Shown here one piece after another: positions 18,837 through 28,165 of a DNA stretch of 64,000 nucleotides. The notes below the pieces were generated by a model. It was not told where the DNA came from, ran no database searches, and worked only from the letters and a program-made list of their open reading frames with translations. The position numbers and the translations under genes are program-made. Positions within the stretch are counted from its first letter, which is position 1. The number at the start of each line of letters is the position of its first letter. Source of the DNA: Lachnospiraceae bacterium (GTDB lineage: Bacteria; Bacillota; Clostridia; Lachnospirales; Lachnospiraceae); the NCBI GenBank assembly GCA_017520425.1, contig JAFXFO010000033.1, forward strand, positions 7,257 to 71,256, in the 5' to 3' direction.

Positions 18837-20813
18837 TTAAACTTCTATCGCTAAGTATTTTACCATAAATTCCTCTTCTGTCAAAATAGGAATTTGTAAT
18901 TCCTTGGCTTTTTTATTTTTTCCCGAATTGGATGTAATATCATTATTGATAAGGCACTGTGTCTTTGAGGTAACACTTCCTGTCACCTTTCCGCCCTTCT
19001 GCTCAATGATTTCCTTCAGTTCATCACGGTTACCGTAATAATTCAGGCTTCCTGTAATACAAAAGCTCATACCGTTCAAGCTCTGCTCCGCTTCATTTAC
19101 CACTATCTCCTGAAGTTTCAGCTCCGCCATCAGCTTTCGGATTTTCTCCACATTTTCCGTTCGCTGCATATGACCCACAAATGCAGAAGCAATTACATCA
19201 CCAATGCCCTCCACCGCACTAAGCTCTTCTGTGGTAGCATTTATCAACTTCTCCATCTGATAATCAAACTGCTTGCACAGCACCTTGGCCGTAGCCACAC
19301 CGATTCCCGCAATCCCCAGTCCGTAAATCACTCTGGGTAAGGTAGTCTTCCGTGAAGCTTCAATACTGCTTATCAGCTTTTTGTAGGACTTTTCACCAAA
19401 GCCCTCCATATTTACAATTTCTTCTTCGTAACGGTCCAAATGATATAGATCAGCAAATTCCTGCAAAAATCCGCTGTCGATAAACTTCTCCAAAGTAGCT
19501 TCCGACATACCGTCAATATTCATGGCATCACGGCTGACAAAGAGTGTAAAAGCCTTTATACTCTTGGCATCACAAGCTTCATTGGTACAGTACAAAAACT
19601 GTGCCTCGTTGACACTGCGTACTTCTGTCGCACCGCCGCATACCGGACAAGTCTTAGGTATTTCCAAGGTGTCGCTTCCGGTGAGATTTTCCGCAATCTG
19701 CGGAATAATCATATTAGCTTTATAAACCGTAATCCTATCACCAAGTCCCAGTTTCAGCGCCTTACACATGCTCACATTATGAACGGAAGCACGGCTTACG
19801 GTGGTTCCCTCCAGCTCCACCGGCTCAAAAATCGCCACCGGATTTATGAGTCCCGTACGACTGGCACTCCACTCAATTTCCTTTAATATGGTTTCCTTGA
19901 TTTCATCCCGCCATTTGAAGGCAATACTATGTCTGGGAAACTTCGCCGTACGGCCCAATGCTTCCCCATATGCAATATCCTCAAAGGTCATAACCAGGCC
20001 GTCTGAGGGAATATCATAATCTGCAATTCTTTTTTCAAAGGTATCAATAGCCTCTAAAATCGTATTCGGGGTCACTTTAATGTAATCCACCACATCAAAG
20101 CCCTGTTCTTTCAGAAACAGGAATTGTTTCTCTCGGCTATTCTCAAAATCCACACCATCTGCACGAACCAGGGTAAATGCATAAATCTTTACATTTCTTT
20201 CGGCAGTAATCTCATTATTTAACTGTCTTACAGAACCGCTGCAAAGGTTTCTGGGATTCTTATATTTTGCTGTTTCATCTGCAATCTTTGCGTTAATCTT
20301 CTCAAAATCACTATAGGTAATAACCGCTTCTCCTCGTAGAATCAGCTCCCCTTGGTGCGCAATGCTTAAGGGAAGATTCTTGAAAGTTTTGGCATTATTC
20401 GTAATGACCTCACCCACTTCACCGTTGCCGCGGGTAACTGCTTTTTCCAACCGTCCGTCCCGATAGGTCAGTACAATGGTCAGACCATCCAGCTTCCAGC
20501 TAAGCAGACCTTCTTTGCCCTGCAGCCAGTCCCGCAGTTCCTCCCTATCCTTGGTTTTTCCTAAAGAGAGCATGGGATATTCATGGGCTTCTTTCGGTAG
20601 CTCATCCACTGCTTCATAACCCACATTTACGGTAGGACTGTTTGCCAGAATCATACCTGTTTCCTCTTCTAAAGCCACCAATTCATCATACAATTTATCA
20701 TACTCATAATTACTCATGATTTCCTTATCCTGAGCATAATACACTCGCGATGCTTCATTTAAAAGCTCCACCAGTTCCTTGATTCTTTCCAACTTCTTAT
20801 CTGCCATTTTCAT
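18837..20813 (-). CDS. ligA: NAD-dependent DNA ligase
   Basis: KLDG adenylation motif, RGE, Cys4 zinc finger, HhH repeats, C-terminal BRCT (GGKVTGSVT). Confidence 0.98.
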   Translation of the reverse strand: MKMADKKLERIKELVELLNEASRVYYAQDKEIMSNYEYDKLYDELVALEEETGMILANSPTVNVGYEAVDELPKEAHEYPMLSLGKTKDREELRDWLQGKEGLLSWKLDGLTIVLTYRDGRLEKAVTRGNGEVGEVITNNAKTFKNLPLSIAHQGELILRGEAVITYSDFEKINAKIADETAKYKNPRNLCSGSVRQLNNEITAERNVKIYAFTLVRADGVDFENSREKQFLFLKEQGFDVVDYIKVTPNTILEAIDTFEKRIADYDIPSDGLVMTFEDIAYGEALGRTAKFPRHSIAFKWRDEIKETILKEIEWSASRTGLINPVAIFEPVELEGTTVSRASVHNVSMCKALKLGLGDRITVYKANMIIPQIAENLTGSDTLEIPKTCPVCGGATEVRSVNEAQFLYCTNEACDAKSIKAFTLFVSRDAMNIDGMSEATLEKFIDSGFLQEFADLYHLDRYEEEIVNMEGFGEKSYKKLISSIEASRKTTLPRVIYGLGIAGIGVATAKVLCKQFDYQMEKLINATTEELSAVEGIGDVIASAFVGHMQRTENVEKIRKLMAELKLQEIVVNEAEQSLNGMSFCITGSLNYYGNRDELKEIIEQKGGKVTGSVTSKTQCLINNDITSNSGKNKKAKELQIPILTEEEFMVKYLAIEV

Positions 20814-21516
20814 CTTCCTTCGCCAGCTGATATAATCTTTCTAACTCTTCCCCTGTTACCTTCCGGTAGCTTCCGGGCGTCAATTTGCCTAATCGGATAT
20901 TCATTACCCGCTCTCTTTTTAATTGCTTCACTTCATACCCTAAGGTCTGACACATACGCCTGATTTGACGATTTAGCCCCTGGGTCAAAATAATACGAAA
21001 GGTTAACTTCCCGATTCTCTCCACTTTGCAGGGTCTGGTTTGTACCGCCAGTTCCTTCAAATATACCCCTGCTCTCATCTTCTTTAGGAACTCTTCCGTA
21101 ATTTCTTTGTTGACTTTTACCACGTATTCTTTCTCATGCCCATTGGCTCCCCTCATCATGGCATCAATCAACTTCCCGTCATTAGTCAGGAGTAACAGTC
21201 CTTCTGACTCTTTATCCAATCGTCCTGCATACGTCACTCTGACAGGATACTTAATATAATCATTGATAATTTTTTCCGCATGCTTGTCTTTTTCCGTACA
21301 GGTAACACCCACCGGCTTATAAAAGGCCAAAACCACGGTTGTGGCTTTGCCGGTTAACGTTTTACCATTCACCGTCACCTTATCGGATTCAGACACCTGA
21401 CATCCCATACCAGCCACAGTACCATTCACCTGTACACGGCCCTCTTCTATGAGTCTGTCCGCTTCTCTGCGAGAACATACTCCGCAATCTGCCAGATATT
21501 TATTCAGTCTCGTCAC
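20797..21516 (-). CDS. S4-domain rRNA pseudouridine synthase (RsuA/RluB/RluF family)
   Basis: N-terminal S4 (RLNKYLA..CSRREAD), GRLDKESEGLLLLTNDG, QGLNRQIRRM. Confidence 0.93.
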   Translation of the reverse strand: MTRLNKYLADCGVCSRREADRLIEEGRVQVNGTVAGMGCQVSESDKVTVNGKTLTGKATTVVLAFYKPVGVTCTEKDKHAEKIINDYIKYPVRVTYAGRLDKESEGLLLLTNDGKLIDAMMRGANGHEKEYVVKVNKEITEEFLKKMRAGVYLKELAVQTRPCKVERIGKLTFRIILTQGLNRQIRRMCQTLGYEVKQLKRERVMNIRLGKLTPGSYRKVTGEELERLYQLAKEDENGR

Positions 21517-22185
21517 CTACATTGCCTCCATTTCATCCGCAAACCTTGCTTCCGGGATTCCCTCCGCCTCAAGCAATGCGGATTTGGCCAATCCGTCTGC
21601 CATTTCATTAAAATATACATTGGTATGGGCCGCCACCTTGGTAAAGGAAATAGTGATTTTACCGCTCCAATTGCGCATGGCTTCCGCATATTTCTGTGTC
21701 AATTCCGTCTTGCTCTTCCAAGCACCGGTCACCCATTTTTCCACACCTTCATAGTCATAACGGATTTCAATCTTACGGAATCCGTTCTTCATGGCCCATT
21801 TTACTGCAAACATGGCACCCAGCATTTCTCCTGTCACGTTACGTAGCTTGGCGGAATCCGGATTATTACCGCTTCCCTTCTCTGACAAAATACGCTTGTC
21901 CGGCAATAAGAATACGCAACCAAAGGCATATTTCAGCAGAGAATGCTCATAGCTTCCGTCCACATAGGTCACTAAAGTATTTGTTTCTTTCGGGAATTCA
22001 TCGGGTACCGCTTCATCCATATCAGGCACTGCCATACCCAAATAAGCACATGCTTCTTCCTTTGTCTTAAAACTCTTATATTCCGCTCCCGAATACCCGT
22101 CCACTGCCGCCTTACATTCATCCCAGCTTTCAAACAATCCTGTTACAAGGCCCTTTTTTACTGCATAAATCTTCTTTGCTGCCAT
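21517..22185 (-). CDS. Ribonuclease H1 with N-terminal hybrid-binding (viroplasmin-like) domain
   Basis: YAVKKG..G.F.SW..C...V.GY.GA.YKSF domain; YVDGSY, GEM, YDY, HT..NE.AD acidic RNase H motifs. Confidence 0.92.
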   Translation of the reverse strand: MAAKKIYAVKKGLVTGLFESWDECKAAVDGYSGAEYKSFKTKEEACAYLGMAVPDMDEAVPDEFPKETNTLVTYVDGSYEHSLLKYAFGCVFLLPDKRILSEKGSGNNPDSAKLRNVTGEMLGAMFAVKWAMKNGFRKIEIRYDYEGVEKWVTGAWKSKTELTQKYAEAMRNWSGKITISFTKVAAHTNVYFNEMADGLAKSALLEAEGIPEARFADEMEAM

Positions 22186-22196
22186 ATTTCAATCCT

Positions 22197-23762
22197 TTAT
22201 TTTACTACATAATAGCTTTCAAACAAATCCTTCTTAATGATACTCATATCTTCCGGATTCTCCGCTCTGATTACCAGATAATCACCTGTTTTTCCCATCA
22301 GGTAATTATCTTCTCCTGTCAGAGTAAAGAGTTTTGTCTTCTGGGTTAACTGTCTTGCCATCACATGCTCTTCCTGTTTACTGATACACACATGCGCCTG
22401 ATTTAACAAAGGAACAATCCGATTATCCTTCTTATTTTTTATAGTAGGTGCATATTCCACATCATCCAGACGGAAGGATTCCTGCAAAGTCAAATACTGG
22501 GAAGTAAAGTCACTGCCCTTCATAATCGTAATCTGACCATCTACCCCAATCAATAATACCTGTCCGGGCTCCACTGTCAACTCCATATCTCCTTTCATGG
22601 TACGAACCAACAGGCTGTCACCCACTCCATACATGGTATCCAACTGCAAGAAACCAAGCTCCTGAGGCTTTTGTACAAATTCTGTCAAATCATCCTCTTT
22701 CCAGTTGTAGCGGTCAAAATAGATGATTTCTGTATTATCATAGTATTCCCTCATTCGGGTTTCCAGGAAAAACTTTATAGCAGATATGGTGGGACGATTG
22801 CTGGTACCGTCATCCAATACTTCCATACGCGGTGTGAGACCGGTTTCCTCACAATATTTTATATACTCTCTGGTCAATAAATCCAGATTGATTCTACCAC
22901 CGGCTTTCACAAAATGCCCACCGCCGGAACCGATTCCTTCACAAATCGCCTGTGCCATTTCACTGGCCTTTACCTCACGGATACAGCTTCTGACCGAAAT
23001 TTTTACGCCCACTTCGGTTACACAGAATACCAGACAATTATCTACGGAATCCACAGCCAGCACCAAATCACTGATAATACCTAATATATTGGGGTCACAT
23101 GCATTAGCCTTCACCACGGCAAAACGATAGTCTTCATTATAATCACTTCGAAGCAATGCTGCACCGGCAATATCCAATTCCTCCAGGGACAAATTGGAAT
23201 TACGGAATCTGGTAATTGCCGCCACATTAAACTCTGCCTCATCACGCAAGTCCATATCCAAGGGATGGGAAATCTCCACCAATTCATTGGTATCCGTATA
23301 TAAGCCGTAATACATGGCTGTAGCCAGGTTTTTATTGGCATTGACATCATAACCTTCCTGCTTCAGCATCTCCCAAAGCAAGGTGGAACAAGACCCCAGA
23401 TTGCTTCTTACTTCTGACAACTCCGGAAGGGCACCATTTACTCTATGATGGTCTATAACTGCAATATTTCTGGCCGGAAAGTGAGTCACGTTTCCCTCTC
23501 CATATCGGCAATCCACTGTCACCAGTAATTCCGGAGCTTCCATGGAATCACAATACTTAATAGGAATCTGCAACATCTGAATCATTAACATCAGATTACT
23601 TTTACGAATTCTGCCGTTACCGCCATATATAAGCGAAACCTTCTTTCCATGATCCATCAAATAGCAATACAAAGCATATCCGCTTCCTATTGCATCCGCA
23701 TCCGGATTATCATGGCACTGTACCACTATTTCATCAAATTTTAACAGCTCACGCAATCTCAT
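22197..23762 (-). CDS. DHH/DHHA1 phosphoesterase with an extra duplicated C-terminal domain
   Basis: HDNPDADA, TVD, IDHH, YTDT, GGGH..AGG motifs in the first ~290 aa; C-terminal ~170 aa has two PGDYG-like units. Confidence 0.85.
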   Translation of the reverse strand: MRLRELLKFDEIVVQCHDNPDADAIGSGYALYCYLMDHGKKVSLIYGGNGRIRKSNLMLMIQMLQIPIKYCDSMEAPELLVTVDCRYGEGNVTHFPARNIAVIDHHRVNGALPELSEVRSNLGSCSTLLWEMLKQEGYDVNANKNLATAMYYGLYTDTNELVEISHPLDMDLRDEAEFNVAAITRFRNSNLSLEELDIAGAALLRSDYNEDYRFAVVKANACDPNILGIISDLVLAVDSVDNCLVFCVTEVGVKISVRSCIREVKASEMAQAICEGIGSGGGHFVKAGGRINLDLLTREYIKYCEETGLTPRMEVLDDGTSNRPTISAIKFFLETRMREYYDNTEIIYFDRYNWKEDDLTEFVQKPQELGFLQLDTMYGVGDSLLVRTMKGDMELTVEPGQVLLIGVDGQITIMKGSDFTSQYLTLQESFRLDDVEYAPTIKNKKDNRIVPLLNQAHVCISKQEEHVMARQLTQKTKLFTLTGEDNYLMGKTGDYLVIRAENPEDMSIIKKDLFESYYVVK

Positions 23763-23768
23763 AAACCG

Positions 23769-25490
23769 TCACCTCTCACAGGCATTTTCACATAAATATA
23801 CTTTATCTTTATGTGCACCTTCTTCTATCAAAATCTCTTTAATGTTCCAATCGTATTGATTTAATATCGCTTCTACCTGTTCCTGAGATACAGTATTCTT
23901 CACAACCATGACAAATTCTGTACCATAAAGGACAGATGCAGTATCCTTTCTGTTTTTCAGTTCTTCCGGAGTCACCAATAAGGTTTTTTCATAATTTATA
24001 AACTCCATCAGGTTGTCATAGTAACCGGAACCTTCGTACAAACAGATACAACTCTTTTCTTTGTACTCTTGGGATACAGCCACCTGCTCCTGATAGCCTT
24101 TATACAAGTAGCTGCCGTCATACGTTAACAGTTGTATCAGACAATAGCAAACCAGCAGACATCCCATAACTGTCCGTATCGTCTTACCTGCAGATGGTGA
24201 TTTTACTGATAACGCAACGACCAACCAACTAATGACAAAGGGAAATACTGCCATCAGGTATCGGTCCACATACATGGGAGACATTTTCGCCGCCAACAAA
24301 AAATACACCAATACCGGAACACAATACAAAAGTATTTCTGTTCTGTACAACTTTTGCCTGATAAACAAGAAGATTATTGCAGTCAGGAAAGCTAAGACCA
24401 CTATCAGTCCAAATACCCAATTACCAAAACACCTGTCTAATAATATTTCTCCAAATGCTGCCAATCTTTGTATATACTGTCCCAGACCGCCTCGTAAGTT
24501 TCCAAGTGCTTCTACCCCTCTGGAACTGGAGAACACATCGGATATTGCAAACGGATATCCCACCACACCAATCAGAGCAGCTATCAGCATTGAACGAATA
24601 TAAACAAGCAACTCCTTAATTCTCTTGCTTCTCCATAATGCCAATACCATCGCCAGACTGAGTGCAATACAGTAAAACAGGAAAAAGTACTGGGTCCAAA
24701 AGCCCAAAACCGTAACAAATATGAGTAGCTTATTCTTTTTATCAAAGTTCCTCCCCCACCATTTATCCATCTGGAGATAAAAGGTCAGTAAACAAAGGAA
24801 AGTTAAAACGCCATACATTCTGATTAACAGCATGGTAGCTACTGATGCTTGGGAACATCCGTAAAGTAGCGCTGACAACATCCCCAGTCGCATCCCTTTT
24901 CCGTCTGAAGTTATCCCGTACTTATCCAACATCATGCCGCATTTCATAATAACAATGGCACTGCATATTATCATGAAAATATTGATTACACATCCCATAA
25001 CCGGATGTATCTTGCCCACAAACAATGAGGATATGGTATGCAATAGCATAAAGTGTACGGGAGGATGATTATCATCCTTCACATTAAAATATACGGAAAG
25101 GTAGTTAAAGCTGTCCGTACCATCCGTAGTCAGATAATCACGAAACTGCGCTTTGCTTATCCAAACCGGTTCTTCATATACATCCGCTTTATAGCTGAGC
25201 ATCTTGCTATTTCCACGATTCTTCAGCACGTCCACTATGGTATTACTGATATTCCCCAGTTTTTCGCCCAGGGAATCCGCCTCTATTTCTTCCTGTACAA
25301 ACTTGGCAAGTCTTCCTACCGGCTGTGTTGGTACAATCCAAGGATTATATTCCGCATTTGCCATCTCGAAGCTTATTAGTTCATCCATGTGATATCCTTC
25401 TTTTTGGAAGGCAAACACCAATTGAATCACCAGGATACCTAATATAATCAACAATTGCCATCTATACTTTTTTGCCAACTGAAACATCAT
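23769..25490 (-). CDS. GT-C fold integral membrane glycosyltransferase (ArnT/PMT-like)
   Basis: TM1 followed by YHMDE, then DDNHPPVHF..LH, RMYG, RY motifs; many TM helices; soluble C-terminal domain. Confidence 0.75.
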   Translation of the reverse strand: MMFQLAKKYRWQLLIILGILVIQLVFAFQKEGYHMDELISFEMANAEYNPWIVPTQPVGRLAKFVQEEIEADSLGEKLGNISNTIVDVLKNRGNSKMLSYKADVYEEPVWISKAQFRDYLTTDGTDSFNYLSVYFNVKDDNHPPVHFMLLHTISSLFVGKIHPVMGCVINIFMIICSAIVIMKCGMMLDKYGITSDGKGMRLGMLSALLYGCSQASVATMLLIRMYGVLTFLCLLTFYLQMDKWWGRNFDKKNKLLIFVTVLGFWTQYFFLFYCIALSLAMVLALWRSKRIKELLVYIRSMLIAALIGVVGYPFAISDVFSSSRGVEALGNLRGGLGQYIQRLAAFGEILLDRCFGNWVFGLIVVLAFLTAIIFLFIRQKLYRTEILLYCVPVLVYFLLAAKMSPMYVDRYLMAVFPFVISWLVVALSVKSPSAGKTIRTVMGCLLVCYCLIQLLTYDGSYLYKGYQEQVAVSQEYKEKSCICLYEGSGYYDNLMEFINYEKTLLVTPEELKNRKDTASVLYGTEFVMVVKNTVSQEQVEAILNQYDWNIKEILIEEGAHKDKVYLCENACER

Positions 25491-25578
25491 ATCTTACCTC
25501 TCTCAAATATGATACATCTATGGTATATGTTACCGATTTTACTGTCTTTCGTCAAGCATAACCGATTTCTTATATCAC

Positions 25579-25614
25579 AAAAAAGCGTTGCTCCATATTT
25601 CTATGGAACAACGC
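25579..25614 (-). terminator. Intrinsic terminator closing the SHOCT-dynamin unit
   Basis: GCGTTG.TCCATA/TATGGA.CAACGC stem with U6 tract on minus strand immediately after the dynamin stop. Confidence 0.75.
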
Positions 25615-25620
25615 CGGTTT

Positions 25621-28134
25621 TTAAATACTTCCCCAAATCTTCTGATTCAGTTCTTCATCACGCTTTGCTACCAAATCTAACACAGCTTTCGCTTTTGCCT
25701 GTTTGGTAATCGCTTCTTTCTCATCATTGATAAGGTATTCCAAATTGCTGGAAATCATATCAATATTTTCCTTGAATTCACGAATCAACTCGGTTGTTTT
25801 TGCCTTTGCCACTTCCATGATTTCTGCAATATATGATTCATACTGCATCTTGGTAGTGGTGTCAAACATTTCGCAAATATCATTCTTATAGGACTTCTTA
25901 TCATTGGTAGAGAAGATAAAGATTGCTTTCTGCTTGTTAATATACTCATCCATCTTCAAAGCACGTAAGGTAGAAGGCGGAACCTGTGTATCAGCAACAT
26001 TGGCAATTCTCTTTACCAAGCCTTCATCAATACCCTTGTAACCAGTGATTTTCTTCACCAACAGGGAACGAAGTTCCTCAATCTGCTTTCTTAAGATTCT
26101 TTCACGATTTTCCTTGTAGTAATCATCGATTTCAAGCAAATAGCGGTTTAATTCACTACAAATGATATTATTCTTTTCTTCAAACACTTCCGGTCTGATT
26201 GCAATCCACTTCATCTTGTCTGCAATCTTCTCTGCCTGTTCTTTTCTGCTCTGAACGATAGAATTCAAAGTGGCAATCTCTTCAAACTTCACCGGCAATT
26301 CCTCCGGTCCGCAGGTAAACATATAACCCGCATAAGTTGCATCAATATCCTTAACCATGGTTGTTTTCATGGTCTGAATATTCTCGGAAATCTGCTGCTT
26401 AGACAATCTCGCCTGAGCTTCGATAGCTTCGTAGTCATCCTTAATGAAGTTAACTACGCTGGAAATACCATCGTACAAGCCCTTTGCCTTTACTGCCAGT
26501 GCATACTTCTTTGCATACTTAACAATCTCACGCTCTACGGCATACATACCGGAGTTTACGAAGATACGCTGCAAAATAGGTGCTAAGCTCTTTTCGTCTG
26601 CCTCATCGCAAATCTTTAACTCTGCCATACAGTCAGCAATCATCTGCTTGGTTTCGTTGTCTGCATCTGCCATCTTATTCAACTTAAAGAACATACCGGT
26701 ATCAATCTCGGCATCATCATTCTTAATCAATAAAGGGTCAGAAATATGTACGTTGTTGATTTCGTTTCTATGATTTGCAAGCCACAAACGCTCATCTTCT
26801 GTATCTACATTATTCTTAATCGCCTTTGCGATATAAGCTGCCTTTGCAGATACGAAGAACAATCTTTCGTTTGCCAAATCAATGCACTCGTTCTTTTCAT
26901 TATAAATCTTGTCAGTTTCCTTTAAGGAAATCTCCACCTTCTTGTCCTTCAGATTGCTTAAATCTGCAAGGCTTCTGGTATCTGCCTGATTGATAATATG
27001 TAAGGAACGACTCAAATCAATATGTACTTTATCCTTGGTCTCTGCACTCTCTCTGGATGAATTAATCAACTTATACAGAATAGAGTTACCGGTACCTTCC
27101 ATCTTGGTAGGCTCATAAAGAATCACCAGGATTGAGTTGGTCTGTTGCTGAAGTGCTTTACGTAATACCATTAAATGCTCGTTGGAATTACTGTCTGTAC
27201 CCGGTGTATCATAGAAGGTAAAGCTGATATTAGGATCCAGCATGATAGGGAAATGTACCTCTATAATACCGTCTATATACTCCTCACACTCATCTGAAGG
27301 CATGTTGGGTATATTGTTCAAACACTTTAATATCTGGCAAAGCTGTTCATGCTGCAAGAGATGGAACACTACTGCCGAATTAATCTCATTCTGTACCAAT
27401 TTCTTGGTAAACTCACATTCAGCGGTTGACGAGAAAACAAAGCTCTGCTTCTCTTCTGACCATACAATACTTACATTAACACCTTCATTAATGTCTTTTT
27501 TCTTAACCGTAAACATTACTGCCGGATTATCGTCACTCTGAATACGGAACATTTTAGCAGTTTCGGAATTAATGCTTTCAGGCAAAATTCTCTTACCAAT
27601 CAATGTATTGATAAATGTAGATTTACCGGAACTGTATGTACCTACCAAACACAGATTGATATCACTCTCACTCAGTTTCTTACGCTTTGTTTCGAACACT
27701 TCCTTACGTGACTGGAAATGTACCTGAATATCCGAGTCTTTTAATTCGGTCTCAAATAATGATATGGTCTCATCACAGAATTCATTAATCTGCTTAAAAA
27801 TTACATCTACAGCTGGTAATTCAATAAAATCCTTTATGAATACTCTATCTTCACCTACTGATTTATTGTACTCAGCTATCTTCTCAATAAAGTCTTCATA
27901 ATCTACTTTGGTTCCCTTAAACACCAAATTGATCTTATCATGTGAAAACTGTTCCCATATATCGTCAAAAAACTGATTACCCTGATTCTGAAGTAAAAAC
28001 TCTCCATTCTCCGGTGCGTACTGACTTAAGTTTGGACACATTTTATATGGGATATCTAAAAACTCACCTTTAACCTTAGCCAAAAAGCGAATTTCTTTCT
28101 TCACAGGATGATACATTATCATCAATTCTTTCAT
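25621..28134 (-). CDS. Dynamin-like GTPase (bacterial dynamin-like protein)
   Basis: G1 GTYSSGKST, ILP..ETA (G2), FYDTPG (G3), INQAD (G4 variant), FFVSA; long helical C-terminal half. Start refined to ATG 28134 (SD GGAGG). Confidence 0.85.
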   Translation of the reverse strand: MKELMIMYHPVKKEIRFLAKVKGEFLDIPYKMCPNLSQYAPENGEFLLQNQGNQFFDDIWEQFSHDKINLVFKGTKVDYEDFIEKIAEYNKSVGEDRVFIKDFIELPAVDVIFKQINEFCDETISLFETELKDSDIQVHFQSRKEVFETKRKKLSESDINLCLVGTYSSGKSTFINTLIGKRILPESINSETAKMFRIQSDDNPAVMFTVKKKDINEGVNVSIVWSEEKQSFVFSSTAECEFTKKLVQNEINSAVVFHLLQHEQLCQILKCLNNIPNMPSDECEEYIDGIIEVHFPIMLDPNISFTFYDTPGTDSNSNEHLMVLRKALQQQTNSILVILYEPTKMEGTGNSILYKLINSSRESAETKDKVHIDLSRSLHIINQADTRSLADLSNLKDKKVEISLKETDKIYNEKNECIDLANERLFFVSAKAAYIAKAIKNNVDTEDERLWLANHRNEINNVHISDPLLIKNDDAEIDTGMFFKLNKMADADNETKQMIADCMAELKICDEADEKSLAPILQRIFVNSGMYAVEREIVKYAKKYALAVKAKGLYDGISSVVNFIKDDYEAIEAQARLSKQQISENIQTMKTTMVKDIDATYAGYMFTCGPEELPVKFEEIATLNSIVQSRKEQAEKIADKMKWIAIRPEVFEEKNNIICSELNRYLLEIDDYYKENRERILRKQIEELRSLLVKKITGYKGIDEGLVKRIANVADTQVPPSTLRALKMDEYINKQKAIFIFSTNDKKSYKNDICEMFDTTTKMQYESYIAEIMEVAKAKTTELIREFKENIDMISSNLEYLINDEKEAITKQAKAKAVLDLVAKRDEELNQKIWGSI

Positions 28135-28165
28135 GATGCTTCCCTCCAATAGTCATTCTCATCAC

